Part shown: piece by piece, positions 35,915 to 44,307 of the stretch
Layout: each line of letters begins with the position of its first letter
Numbering within the stretch: position 1 is the stretch's first letter
The notes under the pieces: model-generated
Told to the model about the DNA's origin: nothing
Database searches by the model: none
What the model saw: only the letters and a program-made list of their open reading frames with translations
Source of the DNA: a virus
Length of the DNA stretch: 64,000 nucleotides
IMG/VR virus record: IMGVR_UViG_3300005337_000001
Location: 96,001-160,000 of that record
Direction: 5' to 3' (one strand)
Program-made: the position numbers and the translations under genes

Positions 35915-36643
35915 ATGACGTTTCACTCCATGGGAAGGAACGAGGACCTGCTGACCTTCGCTGCCGTCGCCGAGCGGCTGGACGTAACACGTCGCCATCT
36001 AGGCCACATGATACGACAAGGCTTCATTCGCCCGGTGAAAGCGGCCCGCCACCTGCGCGAGCTACGCTTCAGGCCAGAGGACGTGAACGCGGTGCTGTCG
36101 CTGCGCCAGCACGGTACCGATCTCCCCAAGTTGGCCGTCATGGCCGCCCAGGCGCGCAGCCTCAGCCTGAGCAACGCGGCCAAGTTGGACAAGTTGTGCT
36201 CGTTCCTAGGGCTAGAAAATAACCGCCTGCGCATCGACGAGGACTCCGTCTTCATGCTGCACATGAAGACGCACGACACGATTGAGCTCCCGCTGTCCGA
36301 CCTGCGAGCGGGCGCCGTCATGGAGTGGGCATCAACCTTTAACGCCTTCGACGAGGGCTACCTGCAGATCATCGAAGAGTTCACGAACGACCCGCAGCCC
36401 TGGGTCGCGTACCTCGCCTTGGCCAACAAGATGATGGAGCAGCAGAACACGCGGTCCGAAACGAACCTGCGCTTTGCCTACGCCTGCCTCGACAGCTCAC
36501 GTCGACACCTGCGCCACGTCAGCTACTTCTACGTCATGAACAAGTCCGGTGAGCGGCTCGCCAACGACCTGTTCATCCGCGAAGCGGTCGACGATGAGAT
36601 CATCGCACAGCTTCACCCTACGCTAGACGAAACGACGCACTAG
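35915..36643 (+). CDS. MerR/excisionase-type helix-turn-helix DNA-binding protein
   Basis: LLTFAAVAERLDVTRRHLGHMIRQGFI...LRFRPEDV; alternative starts 35876 and 35930. Confidence 0.75.
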   Translation: MTFHSMGRNEDLLTFAAVAERLDVTRRHLGHMIRQGFIRPVKAARHLRELRFRPEDVNAVLSLRQHGTDLPKLAVMAAQARSLSLSNAAKLDKLCSFLGLENNRLRIDEDSVFMLHMKTHDTIELPLSDLRAGAVMEWASTFNAFDEGYLQIIEEFTNDPQPWVAYLALANKMMEQQNTRSETNLRFAYACLDSSRRHLRHVSYFYVMNKSGERLANDLFIREAVDDEIIAQLHPTLDETTH

Positions 36644-38448
36644 CCTTGGTACGTCGGGCCTGAGTAGCCAGACCAGATGGAGCCCTGGTGGTCAGCCTCT
36701 TTGTTCGGGGCGATGACGTCTGGGCGCGGCTTCGTGACCATCGAAGCGAGGAAGCAATAGAGCAGCGAGTGCAGCGTGTCGTCGGTCTTGCCTGCGGTGT
36801 GCCCATACTGAATCATGCGAATCTTTTCGTTGTACTCGCTGTAGATGTTGAGCATGTCCTGCCCGTACGGCTCTTGGAACTCCACCCAGCGCGGGAACTC
36901 GAACACGGTGCCGCGCTTGATCGCGTTGAAGATGGCGCTCATGATTTCCGTGCGATGAACCATCCAGCGCTGGAGCTTGGCTTCCCAGCGCACCTTGGCC
37001 GAGAGCCGGGCCACGTATTGGTACTTCATCACGCGCTCCTTGCCGAAACGTCGGACTAGAAAGTCGTTCGGGTAGTGACCGCCGCCGTAGTCGACGCCAA
37101 TAATGCGGACGTTGAACGCACGAAGAATGCGTTCGATCTTCTCGAGCTGGCGATCCGGCTCCGTGTCCTCGCCCGTGAAGCGGTGCACGTAGAAGACGCG
37201 AAACTTATTGCCGATGTACGTGGCCAGCGTGAGCACCGTGTAGCTGTGCTCGCCCGTGCCCCAGTCTATGCCAGCGTAGATCTCCTGGCCGAAGCCCAGC
37301 CGCTGGTACTTGTCGACCGCGGACATCTTCACTTTCTCGTTACAACACGCACGGACCTGCGCCATCGTGAGCGGGCGGAGACCAGTGTCGAACGAGACGC
37401 CGAGGACTTCGTTGTAGAACTTGTTGCGAGGGTAGTGCTCGTAGTTGTAGAGCAGCTCGTTCCAGTCGAGCCACGGCACCATGAGCTGCGGGATGCGGAA
37501 CGCTTCGAACGGCGTGTGCACCGGGTCCCACTCGATGGCAGAGGCCCACTGCGCATCGTCGCTCATTGGATTGAGCCGCTTGCCGCAGTGCTCGCAGATG
37601 AGGAACTTCTTGCCGATGTTCTTCTCGCCGAGAATGTTCCAGAAGCGGCCGCCCTCACCGCCCTTGCAATCGCAGGGCGCCATCCACTGGTTCTGCGTCG
37701 AGCGGTTCGCCCAGTAATCTTCGATGACGTTGTCGAGCGTCTTCGGCGTGCCGGAGTACAGGTAGCGCTTGAGCTCTTCCGGAGAGTGGGAAAGACACTG
37801 CTCGATGACGGGGATGTTGTCCGAGTAGATGTCCTGAATCTCGTCGATGCACAGGCTGTGCGCCGGGATGCCGCGCGCGCGGTCGGCGTTCAAGAAGGCG
37901 TAGCGCAGCGTGATCTTCGAACGATTGACGAACTGCTTCTCGAGAACGTTCTGCGAGAGCATGCTGTTCGTGTACGTGCGTAAGATCGGCGAGGTCTCGA
38001 TAGGCTCCTTGATGCGGTCGTTCGAGAACGTCTTCGTCTGCGTCATCGACGGCGAGACGTAGAGCGACTTGTACGCAGGGATGAGGCAGGAGAAGCTCAG
38101 CATGCGGTTGCCGAGCAACGTCGACTTCTCGACCTGACGTCCGCACATCAGGAGCACACGCTTCATCGGCGTGTCGTAGATTTGGTTGAGGTGCCGACGG
38201 CCGGCGAAGGAGAAGTTCTCCCAGCCCTGCGTCGTTGGCATCCGGAACGCAAACTGCGTGAACGCAGAAGGAAGTACTTCCGGGGCTGGCTCCGGCGCTG
38301 GGAAGCCAGGGGAATCGTCTGTGGTCAGGTCCAGGTACTCGAGCTGCTCCGGAACCCAAGCCTGGCCGCGCTCGATTAGCCGTAGCTCTTCATCAGAAAG
38401 CGGTGCACCATCTGGGTCATCCGAGTAGTAAACCTCAGCAGCTGCCAT
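36640..38448 (-). CDS. terL: terminase large subunit (lambda gpA-like)
   Basis: Start reset to ATG 38448; Walker A CGRQVEKST, Walker B LCIDEIQD, SGTP, Zn ribbon CDC..CEHC, nuclease GIDWG and DDTLHS. Confidence 0.92.
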   Translation of the reverse strand: MAAAEVYYSDDPDGAPLSDEELRLIERGQAWVPEQLEYLDLTTDDSPGFPAPEPAPEVLPSAFTQFAFRMPTTQGWENFSFAGRRHLNQIYDTPMKRVLLMCGRQVEKSTLLGNRMLSFSCLIPAYKSLYVSPSMTQTKTFSNDRIKEPIETSPILRTYTNSMLSQNVLEKQFVNRSKITLRYAFLNADRARGIPAHSLCIDEIQDIYSDNIPVIEQCLSHSPEELKRYLYSGTPKTLDNVIEDYWANRSTQNQWMAPCDCKGGEGGRFWNILGEKNIGKKFLICEHCGKRLNPMSDDAQWASAIEWDPVHTPFEAFRIPQLMVPWLDWNELLYNYEHYPRNKFYNEVLGVSFDTGLRPLTMAQVRACCNEKVKMSAVDKYQRLGFGQEIYAGIDWGTGEHSYTVLTLATYIGNKFRVFYVHRFTGEDTEPDRQLEKIERILRAFNVRIIGVDYGGGHYPNDFLVRRFGKERVMKYQYVARLSAKVRWEAKLQRWMVHRTEIMSAIFNAIKRGTVFEFPRWVEFQEPYGQDMLNIYSEYNEKIRMIQYGHTAGKTDDTLHSLLYCFLASMVTKPRPDVIAPNKEADHQGSIWSGYSGPTYQG

Positions 38449-38788
38449 GTACCCCCCTGAACCTACCAAGGATCCGTACCAGCTGCTCACCAACCTGTGG
38501 TCGTCGCTTCGGCGCGCCTGCGAAGACCACTGGGGAAGCGAGTGCACCATCGACCCGGCTGAAGGAGGCGGCTACAAGCTCACGCTCCGCTTCGCCGAAG
38601 CAATGACTGAGCGCGGCTGGGAGCTCGCGTCCAGGTACGTGCGCAGCTACTCGAAAGCCTCGCACTGGGCGGTCGACAAGCTCACTCGACGCCAGACGCA
38701 CATGGAATTGATCGTGGAGCACTCTCCGCCTAAGCCAAAAAAGAAATGGCGTCGAGAGCCTGATCCAGCTCCTCAAAAAACTTCATGA
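38447..38788 (+). CDS. hypothetical protein antisense within the late operon
   Basis: 113 aa with protein-like composition; ATG overlaps the terL ATG. Confidence 0.55.
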   Translation: MYPPEPTKDPYQLLTNLWSSLRRACEDHWGSECTIDPAEGGGYKLTLRFAEAMTERGWELASRYVRSYSKASHWAVDKLTRRQTHMELIVEHSPPKPKKKWRREPDPAPQKTS

Positions 38789-39203
38789 TGTAGGTGTCGG
38801 GGTCAAGACGCTCCGCGAAGCCAGCGGCTTTGAACCACCAACTGAACATCTCGGCGGTGTACGCCGCCTGCAGTCGTGGCTGCGTCGCGCGGAAGTAGCG
38901 CTCAGCAGCCGGGCTCAGCACGCTGGGGAAAGTGCGCTGCCACTTCACCAGGAACTCACCGTGCACCTGCATCTTGCCCTGACCGGCTGGCACGTAGCGC
39001 TCGCGCGGCGGAAAGAAGTGCACGATGTACGAGCCGTCCTGCACCGCGTACTCGGCGAGGAACGTCGTGAAACCTTTGACCTCCGTGAACCTGATCACAG
39101 CATCCTTCACGTTGCCGATGAGAACCGGGGCGTCTCCACCAGCCTGCCGTCGTTCGTTGTCGAAAACTTCATCGGTCTGCTTGGCTGTGTAGTTACTTGG
39201 CAT
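38730..39203 (-). CDS. hypothetical protein
   Basis: Start reset to ATG 39203 (G-rich SD, 11-nt overlap). Confidence 0.7.
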   Translation of the reverse strand: MPSNYTAKQTDEVFDNERRQAGGDAPVLIGNVKDAVIRFTEVKGFTTFLAEYAVQDGSYIVHFFPPRERYVPAGQGKMQVHGEFLVKWQRTFPSVLSPAAERYFRATQPRLQAAYTAEMFSWWFKAAGFAERLDPDTYIMKFFEELDQALDAISFLA

Positions 39204-40152
39204 CGCCCCCATCATCCACATCTTCGGCGGTGGTTTCAACCTCAACGGGGTCAGGGTGCACGTTGGTAGTGTGATTCCCGCTCGTAAGCTGAGCAAGGGT
39301 CGGTACTTTGTTCGGGGTTGTAGCGACCGAAATCCGCTTCAAGTCCTCGCGCAGCTTGTCCTCGGGGTTCACGAGCGTCTGCTTGAGGCGCCCCATGATG
39401 TCGGCGATCACGGCATAGCCCTGACCCATCTGCGCGTTCAGGGGGCCGCCGGTCTGCACCGACGCGAAGGTACGCAGTAGCGCTGCCTCCATGGTGCGCT
39501 CGGCCACCTCACCCATGTCGATCTTGCGTGGCATCACACCGAGCTCCATCTGCGCCACGAGGCCCGCCAGGGGTGAGCTCGGTAGCCGCGCCGCTACGAC
39601 ACGTGGATCAGTGTGCCTGAACGCACGCAGCGCTACGTGCTGTTTCTGCGTAGCCGTATCGTCGGACGCCAACAGTCCGGAGTGCCGTAGTTCTAGCAGC
39701 GCTCGCATCTCCATACTCTCGAGCAACTCGATGTTCCAGAAGTAGTAGCGGTAGGTCTTGATACCGTCATCCGTCACCTTGCCTTGCATACGAACGCGCA
39801 CCGCATGTGCGATCACTTCATTGGGAGCGCCAGCGAGGGCCATGGATTCGACCAGCTCACGCCAACGCGGCTTGCTCAGGATACGCAGCGCCTCGTTGTA
39901 CGCCCGCGTCGGGTTGAACGCGGACAGCAAGCCCTCACGTAACAGAAAACGGTACGACGGCTTGTGCGTCTCCTCTTCCGGGCGAAATGGCTTCGGCGGC
40001 ACCACTCGGTCACGCAGCCACTGGATGTACCAGTCGCCGAGGTAGTCAAGCTTGAGCTCCGCGGAGATGTCCTGGATGTACTTGTTCTCGTAACACGCAG
40101 GGTGCGCGACCAAGTACCGGTAGTAATTCTCCGCGGGGCTCCGCCGAATCAT
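39193..40152 (-). CDS. hypothetical protein, terminase small subunit candidate
   Basis: Helical, HTH-like segment (LVESMALAGAPNEVIAHAV), upstream of terL. Confidence 0.4.
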   Translation of the reverse strand: MIRRSPAENYYRYLVAHPACYENKYIQDISAELKLDYLGDWYIQWLRDRVVPPKPFRPEEETHKPSYRFLLREGLLSAFNPTRAYNEALRILSKPRWRELVESMALAGAPNEVIAHAVRVRMQGKVTDDGIKTYRYYFWNIELLESMEMRALLELRHSGLLASDDTATQKQHVALRAFRHTDPRVVAARLPSSPLAGLVAQMELGVMPRKIDMGEVAERTMEAALLRTFASVQTGGPLNAQMGQGYAVIADIMGRLKQTLVNPEDKLREDLKRISVATTPNKVPTLAQLTSGNHTTNVHPDPVEVETTAEDVDDGGDAK

Positions 40153-42386
40153 CCCTGGAAAGCTATCACCTTCAAGCCCTCGATTACATCTTCGAGGGCG
40201 CGGATGGCGCGCTCGATGGCGCCTTCCGACAGCTCACGCATGCCCAAACGGGCGCCGATCAGCAGCTCGCACAGCCGGCGCTGCGCCTCGTCCAAGGTGG
40301 GGAGGTAGCCGATGTAAGTGGCCAGATTCTCGGGGTTGATGAAGCCGAGGCTGAGCACCGAGTCGACGGCAATCGGGTCCGTGATGGCCGCCGCTTCCTT
40401 CCAAAGCCGGTGCCGGAACGTCGGCATCGAGCTCAAGAACTTCTCGGCCTCCACGTAGCTCTCGCCGCGGGCTTCGGCCGCCGTCTTCAACATGTTGCTG
40501 ATCCGCACCAGCTGGGGCGTGCCGCCGACGGCGTGCGCCATCTTCTCCAGCGCGTAGCTCGGGTTGGCGCCGAGCCCAGTCAGCAAGAAGAGACAGGCAT
40601 CCTGGTTCAAGAACTGCCGCTCCTCCATGGCCAGCTTCTCTACGGAGAAGCCGCGCACGCTAAAGCTGTCCAGGCCGCCGGCGACTACTTCCACCGACGC
40701 AAGCTTCCGCTTCAACGACGCCGTCTTGTTCACATCGGCCGCACTCTCGGCCAGATCGATCTCCGCAGCCGAGTCGAGCGGCATCCACATCCAACCCTGC
40801 GGCACGATCATCAGACCGTCGATGCTGACGATCTGCTGTGCGTACGGCTGCACGCTCACCTGCACTGGCCGGCCATCGAACGTCTCACCGTCGAACTTCG
40901 GCATCTCGTCGACACCGTTGCCAGCCAGCGTGGCGCCGAGCTGCAGCGGCAGCGTGGCGCACGGGATGCCACCGTACTCAGTGTAGAAGCAGCCGTGACC
41001 CTGCGCCTGCTCCGCTGGCACCGTCGCCGGTGCCGAGAACTCGCCGGCGGGGACGCCGGAGATGTCTGACTGCACCGCCGCGTGCTGGCCGTCCGTGAAT
41101 AGCGAGATGGGCAGCGCCGAGCCGTCGATGTCGACCAGGTTCGGAATCACCACACCGGTGAGATCTTCGCCGGCAGTCGACTTGACCATGTACATGCCAG
41201 GCGCTGAGATGGGACCAGCAGCCACGTGGGATTCACCGGCTTCTTCCTGCACACCTTCGTCGGCGCCCAGCGTCACAGCGCCGGCCGTGTCTGCAGCCAA
41301 CGCGATCTTCACGCCAACGCGGCGCACGAGCTCGCCACGGTCCACGCGCTCAGACATTGGCTCCCACATTCTGTGGCTGGCCGTCTTGATCTCGTAGCCA
41401 CCCGGCAGCTTCACCACCTGCAGCACGCTGGGCTTCACGTAGTTCAGCATCGCCGACGCACGCTTCTCGACCGTTGACGGCTGCGCTTCTGCTAGCAACA
41501 AGACGGAGTCATACGTCGCCACGTTGTTCGCGTAAGCCAGCTTCGTGGCTGGGTCGATCATCGAATCGCGAAAGTCTTGTAGGTCGCTGACGTTCGCCGT
41601 CGGCAGCACGGCCTCCAAGATGGAGCCCATCTTCATCCCCGCACCACAGGAGTCTTTCTCTTCCTTGACGGCGTAGCTTTCGAGCTTGGGAACTTTTGCG
41701 CCTCTGACGACCACTTCCTTGCCGACCTTCAACGCGCTGGCCAGTTTCAACGCATCGGCTGGTAGCTCGATCGTACGAGCTGCTTCCTTCTCCGCTTCGA
41801 ATTCATCGCCAAGATGTGTGAGGTAGTCCTCGAGCGAAGCAATCTTCTTGGACGCGGTCTTGCCACCCATACCGGCGCTCATCTGCGCGCCACCGCCACC
41901 GAAGCCGTAGCTCTGACGATACGGAGGATAGAGCTGACCGATCATCGACTGGTCACCCGGCGTCTTGCTGGTGACGTCGAACGCTTGCGGGCGGAACATC
42001 GCCTGGCGCATACGGCTCTCGGTAAGCGGCATCGCCTTGGAGTCGTCCGTGATCACCACGTCGAACGGCATGAGCTTACCGTCCTTGATGATGACCGGGA
42101 TGCGCGCCTTGCGAATGCCAGCGGCGTCTTGCTGCTCCTGCGGCGACGTCATCGGAGCCTCGGACTTGCTCGTCACTTCGACGTGGCCAAGGCCGTAGCC
42201 GCGCTCGCCGTCGACCGTCTCCATCACCACCTCGAGGCTGAAGTCGGCGAGGTAGGGCACCTGCTTGTAGACTTCCTGCAGCACCTCGTCTTGCCATTGG
42301 TTTGGGTCCTCGGGCAGCGTGGTCTCGGCCGCGATCTTGACGAAAACGTGCTTGGGTTCGTGGAAGAGAGGCATCTGCTGCGTCAT
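40149..42386 (-). CDS. large internal head protein with many K-x-A sites
   Basis: 745 aa; KIAA, KTAS x3, KIAS, KLAS x2, KRAS, KTAA. Confidence 0.65.
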   Translation of the reverse strand: MTQQMPLFHEPKHVFVKIAAETTLPEDPNQWQDEVLQEVYKQVPYLADFSLEVVMETVDGERGYGLGHVEVTSKSEAPMTSPQEQQDAAGIRKARIPVIIKDGKLMPFDVVITDDSKAMPLTESRMRQAMFRPQAFDVTSKTPGDQSMIGQLYPPYRQSYGFGGGGAQMSAGMGGKTASKKIASLEDYLTHLGDEFEAEKEAARTIELPADALKLASALKVGKEVVVRGAKVPKLESYAVKEEKDSCGAGMKMGSILEAVLPTANVSDLQDFRDSMIDPATKLAYANNVATYDSVLLLAEAQPSTVEKRASAMLNYVKPSVLQVVKLPGGYEIKTASHRMWEPMSERVDRGELVRRVGVKIALAADTAGAVTLGADEGVQEEAGESHVAAGPISAPGMYMVKSTAGEDLTGVVIPNLVDIDGSALPISLFTDGQHAAVQSDISGVPAGEFSAPATVPAEQAQGHGCFYTEYGGIPCATLPLQLGATLAGNGVDEMPKFDGETFDGRPVQVSVQPYAQQIVSIDGLMIVPQGWMWMPLDSAAEIDLAESAADVNKTASLKRKLASVEVVAGGLDSFSVRGFSVEKLAMEERQFLNQDACLFLLTGLGANPSYALEKMAHAVGGTPQLVRISNMLKTAAEARGESYVEAEKFLSSMPTFRHRLWKEAAAITDPIAVDSVLSLGFINPENLATYIGYLPTLDEAQRRLCELLIGARLGMRELSEGAIERAIRALEDVIEGLKVIAFQG

Positions 42387-42394
42387 AGAGTCTC

Positions 42395-43039
42395 CTAGCT
42401 GGTCTTCAGGATAGCGCCGAGAGCAGCGAAAACGGCAGGGTCTTTCGTAACGATGAGAATACCGCTCACCAGCTCGGCCGGATTGATGGGAGCAGAGGGA
42501 CCTAGCCCACTTCCAAATTGAGCTGCAATCTGGGCACCAGTGACACCAAGAGAATCCCCAGTGAACGAGAGCAGATGAACCGGCCCGGCCGACAAAGCCG
42601 CCGCGGTCTTCGCTACGAATTGTAGTGCCGGGATTTTCACGGCCAGGCCTGCAGCAAGTAGCGCCTTGATGCCACCAATCTTGAGAGCGAGCGTCGCACT
42701 CAGCGAAGCGATGGCAGCAATCTGAGCTGTAGCTTGAAGCGAGATGTTCGGCAGAGGAAGTGCCAGCGCCACAGCCAGCGAGGCCTGCACCTGGATGAGT
42801 GCGGCCAGGAGCGCCTGCAGCGCAGCCAAGGGGTTGCTCACGCCGATGCCGATCTGCAACGCCGCCGAGATAGCGGCGTTGAACTGCACTTGGATGTCAG
42901 CCAAGAACGGACCGAGTCCGAACTGCCCGGTGAGGAACAAATCGAGCTGTAGCAGCAGCGGGTTCATGAGCCCGATGCCTACGGCGAGTCCGATGTTGAC
43001 TTCGCCTAAGGTGTAGCTGCCGAGATCAGTGAGGGCCAT
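42395..43039 (-). CDS. highly hydrophobic protein coupled to the spike gene
   Basis: 214 aa dominated by A/L/I/G/Q, very few charges; TAATG overlap. Confidence 0.75.
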   Translation of the reverse strand: MALTDLGSYTLGEVNIGLAVGIGLMNPLLLQLDLFLTGQFGLGPFLADIQVQFNAAISAALQIGIGVSNPLAALQALLAALIQVQASLAVALALPLPNISLQATAQIAAIASLSATLALKIGGIKALLAAGLAVKIPALQFVAKTAAALSAGPVHLLSFTGDSLGVTGAQIAAQFGSGLGPSAPINPAELVSGILIVTKDPAVFAALGAILKTS

Positions 43040-44307
43040 TAAACCAGAATGGTGGAGTTACCGTCGGTTATTACGCCGGTGCAAGTCAGGCCAACACCTG
43101 CGCCGATAAGTGGAGCAAAGCCCGCTGGGTTAGGAGCCACCGCCAAGAGCGTGGGGGGCAACGTCACCGTGACCAAGGAGCCAACGTGTGCCACGGGGTT
43201 GCTGCCGCCGTTGAGCTTCAGAACGGCCGCTGTGATCTCGAAGGTACCGCCTACGGTCATCTTCGCGTCGCTCTTCACGTTCATGTTGAACGTGTTGTCC
43301 GCGAAGATCTCCATCTCGTCCTTCACGCGCAGGCGCAGCTTCTTCTTACAGAGCACGCCGACGTTGCCGTCGAAGCGCGCGAAGGTGTTGCCGGCGCGAT
43401 CGAACACGAAGCGCATCTTCACCAGGTTGCCGGTGCCTGGTAGCAGGGAGCCGTCCTCTGCCTTGAAGGCGTTCTTGGCCAGGGTGAGCTCGTACACGAT
43501 GGGCTCGGTCTTGCCGAGCTCGACGCTCTGCTCGTCGACGATGGCGTCGCTGTCCGTCTCTGGTACGGGGTCGTGCACGCGGCCTACTGCGCAACGGATG
43601 TCGGCGTACTGGTCGTTGGCGTAGACGCGGAAGGTCTGCTTGAACTCCGTCGGGTTGGTGGTGTCGCCTTCGGATTCTTGGATGCCCCAGTTGATGGAGC
43701 CGCCAGCGTTGTGCAGCGCGTAGTTCTCCGCAAAATCCATGACGAGGTTGTTGAGCGGCACGTACACGCGCTGCGCGAGCTCGTTCGCCCCAATCTGCAG
43801 AACACCACCGCGGTGCAGCACGATGAAGTTCCCGTCACGCCCTCGGATGAACATGTCGCCGGGCTTGCCTCGTGGCCTACCGCCAGCGAAGCTGGCAGCC
43901 GTTGGCGCCTGATTGTCGCTGGCCCGTCCCTCCGTACCGGCCGGAGCTTCCGATGAATCACCAGCCAGCGGAATGGTCTCGTGCGGCATCACGAAGGCCA
44001 GAACGAACGGCGGCGAGCTGTCGCCCGGCCAGCACACGGCGCACTTCGAGCCCACCTCCGGCACCGCCGTCCAACCGTCACCACGGTTCGGGTGTGAGTA
44101 CGGCGAGCCCACCGGGATGTTGAGCAGACGCATCTGGTCGAACTGACTGAAGACATCGACTGTATAGTTCACAAGGTCGACGTTCACCACACGGCCCATG
44201 AAGACGTGGGTAGCTCCAAGACCTTCAGGCGCAGTGAAGCTCGAACGGTACTCAGTGCGCGGCTTGACCGCGCCTCGTGCCGCCTTCATACCTTGGTGAA
44301 GGGCCAT
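43039..44307 (-). CDS. baseplate central spike (gp5/gpV-like)
   Basis: OB-fold GRVVNVD...TAVPEVGSKCAV; beta-helix-like repeats; C-terminal LNGG..PVAHVG..TGVITDGNSTILV. Confidence 0.75.
   Translation of the reverse strand: MALHQGMKAARGAVKPRTEYRSSFTAPEGLGATHVFMGRVVNVDLVNYTVDVFSQFDQMRLLNIPVGSPYSHPNRGDGWTAVPEVGSKCAVCWPGDSSPPFVLAFVMPHETIPLAGDSSEAPAGTEGRASDNQAPTAASFAGGRPRGKPGDMFIRGRDGNFIVLHRGGVLQIGANELAQRVYVPLNNLVMDFAENYALHNAGGSINWGIQESEGDTTNPTEFKQTFRVYANDQYADIRCAVGRVHDPVPETDSDAIVDEQSVELGKTEPIVYELTLAKNAFKAEDGSLLPGTGNLVKMRFVFDRAGNTFARFDGNVGVLCKKKLRLRVKDEMEIFADNTFNMNVKSDAKMTVGGTFEITAAVLKLNGGSNPVAHVGSLVTVTLPPTLLAVAPNPAGFAPLIGAGVGLTCTGVITDGNSTILV

Noticed and set aside
35915-36643. Excisionase implying lysogeny
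   Set aside because: No integrase or att-like repeat in the window, and the protein has a large extra domain
38449-38550. ORF-track N-terminal extension of terL, and similar extensions (2135-2362, 5551-5676, 21346-21774, 25661-25813)
   Set aside because: These overlap neighbouring genes and lack SD sites; downstream ATGs have SD sites or coupling overlaps
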